A stretch of 64,000 bases of DNA from a virus: positions 85,125 to 149,124 of the IMG/VR virus record IMGVR_UViG_3300050120_000210. The stretch is one strand, 5' to 3'. This document shows, piece by piece, positions 58,791-64,000 of this stretch. A program made the position numbers and the translations under genes. Within the stretch, counting starts at the first letter, position 1. Each line of letters begins with the position of its first letter. The notes beneath the pieces are model-generated. The model made no database searches, was not told the DNA's origin, and saw only the letters and a program-made list of their open reading frames with translations.

Positions 58791-60221
58791 TCAGTCCTTT
58801 TTCGCCGCCTTGGAGATTTCAGCCACGAGGCGGGCGAAAGCTTCACGGACGGCATCTTCCGTGGCGGGAGAGATATTGGCGGGCTCATAAGCAAGCGGAT
58901 CGGGCGCTTCACTGCCTTCTTCGACCACGTCGATCAGGTGACGCATCACCTCGCCATCTTCGGTATGAGGCGTTTCGACCGTGTCCATGATTTGACGCAT
59001 GTCTTCGCCTTCGCCGGACAGAAATGCCGGAGGCACTTCATCAGCGACGGCGTTCTCGTTGCCCTTGTAGTAACGAGCGATGTCGAAAGTAGACAGAGCC
59101 GAGTTATCCGGCACCAGCGCATCGGCCGCTTTGGCGATCAGGGCCGCGCGTTCCGCACGATGTTCATATTCGCGCTCCTGTGCGAGACGTTTGAACTCCA
59201 TAGCTTCTCGGGCGGCGCGCAGGGCAGCCTCGGGACCTGTTTCCGGCACAATGGCTTCGACCGAACACGCTTCTTCTTCGGCCATGTCTTCTAGTTCATC
59301 GGACATGTCTTCGACATCGTCATCGACGAGTTCGTCCGATTCCCATTCCATGACATCGTCGTCATCATCGGCATCGAAATCGTCGTCCGACCAGACGGCC
59401 TTCGTTCCCAGAAGGTCTTCCTTGTCGTCGCCCGTGTATTCGGCGAGGACTTGGTATTCGCAGCAGCGAACCTTGGCGTGATCGTAGTCGATGGGGACCG
59501 ACACGATGTCGCGCGGGTTGACCTTCACGATGACAATTTTGTCGCCGGGACCACAGCCGTAGTGTGGCAGATAGGACATCGAACAGAAATGAAGGCCCTT
59601 GGAGCACGTCCGGCGGCCGTCATCGTCCACCTTGTTGCGCTTCATCTGAACAATCTCGCCGGGCGAGTTGTCGAACTTGCCGGAGTAGATGTCGCGGAAG
59701 TTTTCCTTCACCTTCTTGTAGCCGAGGATATAGCCATCGGCTGTGATCCCCATGTTGTTCTTTTCCATAAAGGAATACATCTCGTCCACGGCGCGGGCGG
59801 ACGGGTTTTCCATGGCATTGTCGAGGAACAACATGTAGGCAGTCATGTCGAAGCCTTCCGACAGACCTTGCAGGATGCGTTCGGTAACCGCGCTGTTGAC
59901 CGGCTCTTCTTCGTAGTAGACGACACCCGCGACCACGGTAACGCGTCCGGCGCCAGCTTCGATGATTTTGCGTGTCGGAGCGGCCACCAATTCGGCCAAG
60001 CTCTCGTGGCAATCCTCGGGAGCACCGTGGGGGTTGATCGCATTGTCGCGGAAGATCGCGACAGCGTTCTCGGCATCCCACTTCATGGAAGCCTGAATTT
60101 GCTTCACAGCGTCGCGGATAGCCAGCCAGTTCTTGTGGGATTCCGTAACGTTGTGGACTTTGCCGTCAGGTGTCGTGAACGACACCGATTGCGGCGTGAT
60201 GATAGCCGAAAATTGGGTCAT
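58791..60221 (-). CDS. rIIB: RIIB lysis-inhibition/protector protein with acidic tail
   Basis: ENPS..AV..+Y.F, IT.DG..+.YK.V, CS.GLH, VKVNP.D+VSVP.DY...K.R.C.Y; adjacent to rIIA. Confidence 0.9.
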   Translation of the reverse strand: MTQFSAIITPQSVSFTTPDGKVHNVTESHKNWLAIRDAVKQIQASMKWDAENAVAIFRDNAINPHGAPEDCHESLAELVAAPTRKIIEAGAGRVTVVAGVVYYEEEPVNSAVTERILQGLSEGFDMTAYMLFLDNAMENPSARAVDEMYSFMEKNNMGITADGYILGYKKVKENFRDIYSGKFDNSPGEIVQMKRNKVDDDGRRTCSKGLHFCSMSYLPHYGCGPGDKIVIVKVNPRDIVSVPIDYDHAKVRCCEYQVLAEYTGDDKEDLLGTKAVWSDDDFDADDDDDVMEWESDELVDDDVEDMSDELEDMAEEEACSVEAIVPETGPEAALRAAREAMEFKRLAQEREYEHRAERAALIAKAADALVPDNSALSTFDIARYYKGNENAVADEVPPAFLSGEGEDMRQIMDTVETPHTEDGEVMRHLIDVVEEGSEAPDPLAYEPANISPATEDAVREAFARLVAEISKAAKKD

Positions 60222-60253
60222 GAAATTGCTTTCTAATATGAACGTAGATTACG

Positions 60254-62371
60254 TCAGACCTTGGTTGGAACGCAATTTTTATCGACCAACGAAATATATT
60301 GGGCGGTTTCGTTTGCAACCCGATCCTCTTGCCGATCCCACCGACTGATCGATAGGACGTAGTTCAGCATCGGGTAATCCTTCGCGGATTCTTTCCACAA
60401 AGAGACCAGATCATGCGTGCCCTTCATCGGGATCGGGATGCCGAGCGTCGCCGACATGCTGAGGTGTTGCACATAGTCTTTCGGAACCAGAGTTTCTGAC
60501 CACTTGGTCACGAACTTACCGAGCGCATGATTCTCGGGGAGACGCTTGGACAGCATTTCCAAGAACGGGCGCTCCCCCGAAACCTTCGGAAAGGCGTCAC
60601 TGAACCTCTTGAGGGCTTGGATTTTGGCAAGATCGTTGCCCCACTTCTGCTCTTCCATGATGCGCGAAAACTCCGCGCGAATGAGAGAGAAGAAATCGAC
60701 CCAGCCATCTTCCTCGGTGAAATTGGCCGCCAGACTTTTCGGGATCGAGTAAAGCTCGTTGTCGGTCGGCTTGAACAAGTCCAGCTTGATCGCTTGCCCA
60801 TAGAGGCTTGAAAAATTGGACACCCGCTCGCCAGCATCATTCTGAATGGAGCCGGACAGCGTCCGCACGAACACCCCGCCTTCGGCGGGCTCAACGATGG
60901 TCCTCTCCCACGAGTCGCGCTTGATGTTGTAGCCCGATTTCTTTTCGTAGGCGGACAGCTTGAGCACGCTGGTGGGCTGCCGTTGCTGAACCGGGCTCTT
61001 CGGGAGAGTCGAGATCAGGATCGGCGTGACGCCTTCCATTCGCGCGAGGAACGCATCCAATTGCTCTTGGTCGCCGTAGCGGATCACGAACACATCTGCG
61101 TCCGGGTGGTCCTCGTGATATTGCCGGACGCGAGTGACCGTGTGCACACCACGCATGTCGTCGATGATGAGCGTCAGATTGTCATTGGCGGGCAAGGAAA
61201 CGTCGAGAGAGCGATCTGAACTGAAAATCGCGGCGGACGGCTTGCTGTAGTCGAAGCTGTAGTGGAGGAACGTCAGGCCCTTGAAGTCTTCCCGCAAATT
61301 GATGCGGAAATGACCGCCATCGATCATCCGGCCGCGATACAAAATGGCCGAGCTTGGGAACAGGCGTTTCAACGCCGGGAAACGATTGAGGAACTTGCCG
61401 TAATAACGACGTGCCGCGAACTCGGTTTCGCACGCCATCACATCCCTAAAAATTCGGCGCGTAAGATCATCCATGATCGAATCGACCCGCGCCGAAATCG
61501 TGTTCTTGGTTTTCTGATCGTAAGAAAGTTCTTCACGGCCTGCCGTGATTTCGATCTCACCAACTTCGAACCGAACATCGAGTGCGGTGCTGCTGATGAA
61601 ATCGCGACCCACGCTGGTCAGCTTAACCGAACCGGCATCGAGCGGATAAGCGACAACCCCCATGATGGCGTGCGAATTACCGTGACCCGCGACGAGTTCG
61701 TATCCCGGCCCAGCCATAACGACTTCCGGCACATCCACCTTGTATTCGCCGCTGCCAATCACATTCGGCTGGGGATCGAAGTATCGAAAAACCTGCTGAG
61801 CTTTTTCTTTGAACTCTCGGTAGGATTCCGACCGAACGGCCAGTTGCACTTCAAGCCCGGCTTCTTCGAACGTGTCGGGCTGGCTGATATCATCTTCGGA
61901 CATCAAGACGATGGAAGGCGTATCCTGCTCGTCGAAGAACACGGTGTAGGTGCGCTTGAAACCCTCGAAGCGCGAGATGACAGTGAAACTATCCACGTAG
62001 GCGAGAGGGGATTTGCACCCGAGACCAAAGCCACCGATCTGATCGTTGGTCTCCGTTTTGGTGCTCTCGAAGTAGGTGGTGAACACGTTGGCGATCTGGT
62101 CGGGCGAGAGCGCCGGGCCATAGTCGCGCACGGAGAAAAACGGTTCGAAATTGTTGGGCAGATGCACGTCGAAGGGTCGGGCGGCCCAGCCCGCCGACAC
62201 ATGGGCGTCGAAGGCGTTGCACGAAAGCTCGCGGACGATTGCGAGGATTTTTTCCTTGTAGAGGCTGCTCGACAGAATGCGAAAAGCCTTGCCGGTCGCC
62301 TTGATGGTGAATTGGCGTTCGGTGTTAGTGCTGATGCGGTCAATCGGCCGCTCGACAGTGGCGAGCTTCAT
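60254..62371 (-). CDS. rIIA: RIIA protein (GHKL ATPase N-terminus)
   Basis: AF.ILS..LY.....A+VREL..NA.DAH, RDYG, STK...N..IG.FGLG.KSP.AY, RE.LSY. Confidence 0.92.
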   Translation of the reverse strand: MKLATVERPIDRISTNTERQFTIKATGKAFRILSSSLYKEKILAIVRELSCNAFDAHVSAGWAARPFDVHLPNNFEPFFSVRDYGPALSPDQIANVFTTYFESTKTETNDQIGGFGLGCKSPLAYVDSFTVISRFEGFKRTYTVFFDEQDTPSIVLMSEDDISQPDTFEEAGLEVQLAVRSESYREFKEKAQQVFRYFDPQPNVIGSGEYKVDVPEVVMAGPGYELVAGHGNSHAIMGVVAYPLDAGSVKLTSVGRDFISSTALDVRFEVGEIEITAGREELSYDQKTKNTISARVDSIMDDLTRRIFRDVMACETEFAARRYYGKFLNRFPALKRLFPSSAILYRGRMIDGGHFRINLREDFKGLTFLHYSFDYSKPSAAIFSSDRSLDVSLPANDNLTLIIDDMRGVHTVTRVRQYHEDHPDADVFVIRYGDQEQLDAFLARMEGVTPILISTLPKSPVQQRQPTSVLKLSAYEKKSGYNIKRDSWERTIVEPAEGGVFVRTLSGSIQNDAGERVSNFSSLYGQAIKLDLFKPTDNELYSIPKSLAANFTEEDGWVDFFSLIRAEFSRIMEEQKWGNDLAKIQALKRFSDAFPKVSGERPFLEMLSKRLPENHALGKFVTKWSETLVPKDYVQHLSMSATLGIPIPMKGTHDLVSLWKESAKDYPMLNYVLSISRWDRQEDRVANETAQYISLVDKNCVPTKV

Positions 62372-62432
62372 TTGGGAAAAATGCTTTCATCGAAATGATC
62401 TTAATTTTGGTTTACCAAAAACGTAAACCAAG

Positions 62433-62642
62433 TCAATTGCGAAAATCGGCGAGCATCTCTCCCCCGCCCGTTACGACCCAGACTTCCTGAAAATAGATGA
62501 AATCGGCCCGCAGATTATCCGGTTGGAAACGCTGCACCCAGTCCAAAAAATCAACGGTGATCCCGTCATCAGCGATGCTCTTCACGCGGCCTTCACTGAA
62601 CCATTCGCCGTCGTATATGCGAACGGGGTCGTTGATCTTCAT
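62433..62642 (-). CDS. small SH3/KOW-like hypothetical protein
   Basis: MKINDPVRIYDG...G.V; TTGACG upstream. Confidence 0.5.
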   Translation of the reverse strand: MKINDPVRIYDGEWFSEGRVKSIADDGITVDFLDWVQRFQPDNLRADFIYFQEVWVVTGGGEMLADFRN

Positions 62643-62733
62643 GTTACGCGCACCACTCGGGTTAACCATTTTCGTAAACCATATCTCGCCCATCTAAACG
62701 GGCTCGTCAACCACCAACTCGCTAAATAGATGC

Positions 62734-63549
62734 GTGAATTTTCTAGGAATCTCTCCCCCTCTCCAAAGCCAAGTCACTGAGTTGACGAGTCGGATCATCA
62801 TGCCTGTCATGGACATGGATTTCGGAACCCAAGCGCATCTGTTCTGCGAGCTTTCAATTCTCGCCTATTTCGATCTGCCGGGGGCGACCATGTGGGGCAC
62901 CCAGATGGGTTTCACCCGGATCACGCAGACGGCGATTCCCAACGATCTCGCAGTCACCATTTTTTCAAACGACTCCGATATTATCATCTCGTTTCGAGGC
63001 ACACAGGATTTCGACAACGTCGAAGAAGACCTAGCCGTCGAATTGGTCGCGGACGGCGACCTACAAGGGAAAGTCCACGAAGGCTTCCTCACCAGTTTCA
63101 ATCGTATCTGGGAAAAATTGCTCCCCTGTATCGATGCTCGCAGGCACCGTGTCTGGGTGACTGGTCATTCACTCGGTGGGGCATTGGCTGCAATCGCGGC
63201 CGTCCGAGCAGCACGACGTGAGGGCGCCAATGTGGATGGCCTATTCACTTTCGGGCAACCCCGCGTAGGCAGCGCCGCATACACCGCGAGCTTGGGCATC
63301 GATTCGTATCGATGGGTCAATCATTTGGACCTAGTTCCCGCTCTCCCTCCCCGGTTCATGGGATATTCTCATTTCGGTAAAGAGTTCTACATCGACAGAC
63401 GAGGAATCGTCCGAGAACGAACAACCTTCAATTTGTTCAAGAGGTTGATCGACAGACTCTACCTCACTCCCACAGCAATTGGAGATCACAACATGCTCAA
63501 ATACAGAGCCGCAATTTTGCGAACTAACCAAGAAAGCATTCATGGCTAA
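62734..63549 (+). CDS. class 3 lipase
   Basis: SFRGT, VHEGF, TGHSLGGALA, TFGQPRVG, D.VP.LP, DH; TAAATA 5 nt before GTG. Confidence 0.9.
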   Translation: MNFLGISPPLQSQVTELTSRIIMPVMDMDFGTQAHLFCELSILAYFDLPGATMWGTQMGFTRITQTAIPNDLAVTIFSNDSDIIISFRGTQDFDNVEEDLAVELVADGDLQGKVHEGFLTSFNRIWEKLLPCIDARRHRVWVTGHSLGGALAAIAAVRAARREGANVDGLFTFGQPRVGSAAYTASLGIDSYRWVNHLDLVPALPPRFMGYSHFGKEFYIDRRGIVRERTTFNLFKRLIDRLYLTPTAIGDHNMLKYRAAILRTNQESIHG

Positions 63550-63760
63550 AGACGATATTATGCGCTTCGAAGGACGTATCATCGACGTTCTTCCAAACAC
63601 CAATTTCAAAGTAGAACTTATCAACAAGATGGTTCTCCTCTGCCATTTGAGCGGAAAGATGCGGAAGAACAACATCCGTGTGCTCATGGGAGACAAGGTC
63701 GAAGTCGAACTCAGTTCATACGATTTGACCAAGGGGCGTATTGCATTCCGCCATCGGTGA
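63542..63760 (+). CDS. infA: translation initiation factor IF-1
   Basis: MAKDD....EG.....LPN..F.V.L.N......H+SGKMRKN.IR+L.GDKV.VE+S.YDLTKGRI..R. Confidence 0.95.
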   Translation: MAKDDIMRFEGRIIDVLPNTNFKVELINKMVLLCHLSGKMRKNNIRVLMGDKVEVELSSYDLTKGRIAFRHR

Positions 63761-63820
63761 TTATTGTTGACGGAATCTAGTTCCGGGGTAGCCTCCAAGT
63801 AACAATTCTTGGAGGCACAT

Positions 63821-64000
63821 ATGAATCTCAATCGTCGTGGATTTCTCGCCACCATCCTCGCTTCCCTCGTCGGCGGCACGACCGTCTCCGTTAGCACCGA
63901 AGCACTGGCTGACCCGGTGCTGGGTCGCTACGCCATGGCGATCAAGCTTCAGCAAGACCTCTACGCCAAGAACCTGCGCTGTCGCGAACTGGTGCAGGCG
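63821..64000 (+). CDS. Tat-signal-bearing protein, 3'-truncated by window edge
   Basis: GGAGG RBS; MNLNRRGFL, hydrophobic core, ALA cleavage site. Confidence 0.65.
   Translation, partial: MNLNRRGFLATILASLVGGTTVSVSTEALADPVLGRYAMAIKLQQDLYAKNLRCRELVQA

Noticed and set aside
1-64000. CRISPR or TIGR-like guide arrays
   Set aside because: No run of three or more regularly spaced repeats seen by eye; repeats in the 20.4 kb RNA occur only twice and no Cas or Nop-domain gene was recognised
1-64000. Stop-codon reassignment
   Set aside because: Conserved genes (thrS, lysS, cca, rIIA/B, infA) and an 11 kb ORF read intact in the standard code; TAA, TGA and TAG all end genes

Overview
This 64 kb window reads as part of a jumbo tailed-phage genome in the standard genetic code, probably infecting an alphaproteobacterium (inferred from TTGAC[CG] sigma70-type promoters and a class I LysRS). 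Structural and late content: two giant paralogous Ig-repeat/LamG fibre-like proteins (about 3800 and 2120 aa), a T4-like late promoter core (TAAATA) that often lies only 4-5 nt before the start codon, and seven proteins sharing a T4-capsid-targeting-like N-terminal leader. Their cargo includes two ADP-ribosyltransferase-like proteins, a Pol-beta-type nucleotidyltransferase and two HExxH proteins. Also present: rIIA/rIIB, a late glycan-modification cluster and a translation/tRNA toolkit (ThrRS lacking the editing domain, class I LysRS, CCA-adding enzyme, YqeY, IF-1, tRNA-Val, tRNA-Asn). The most striking features are non-coding: an approximately 1.15 kb GOLLD-like RNA with a degenerate tRNA grafted into one helix, a second unassigned approximately 450 nt pseudoknot-rich RNA, and a possible small rod-shaped RNA. 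A dispersed family of about 12 small proteins with an RRM-like C-terminal motif (F..E.DA..FK..W) flanks the unassigned RNA. All calls come from reading motifs by eye; no searches or folding programs were run.
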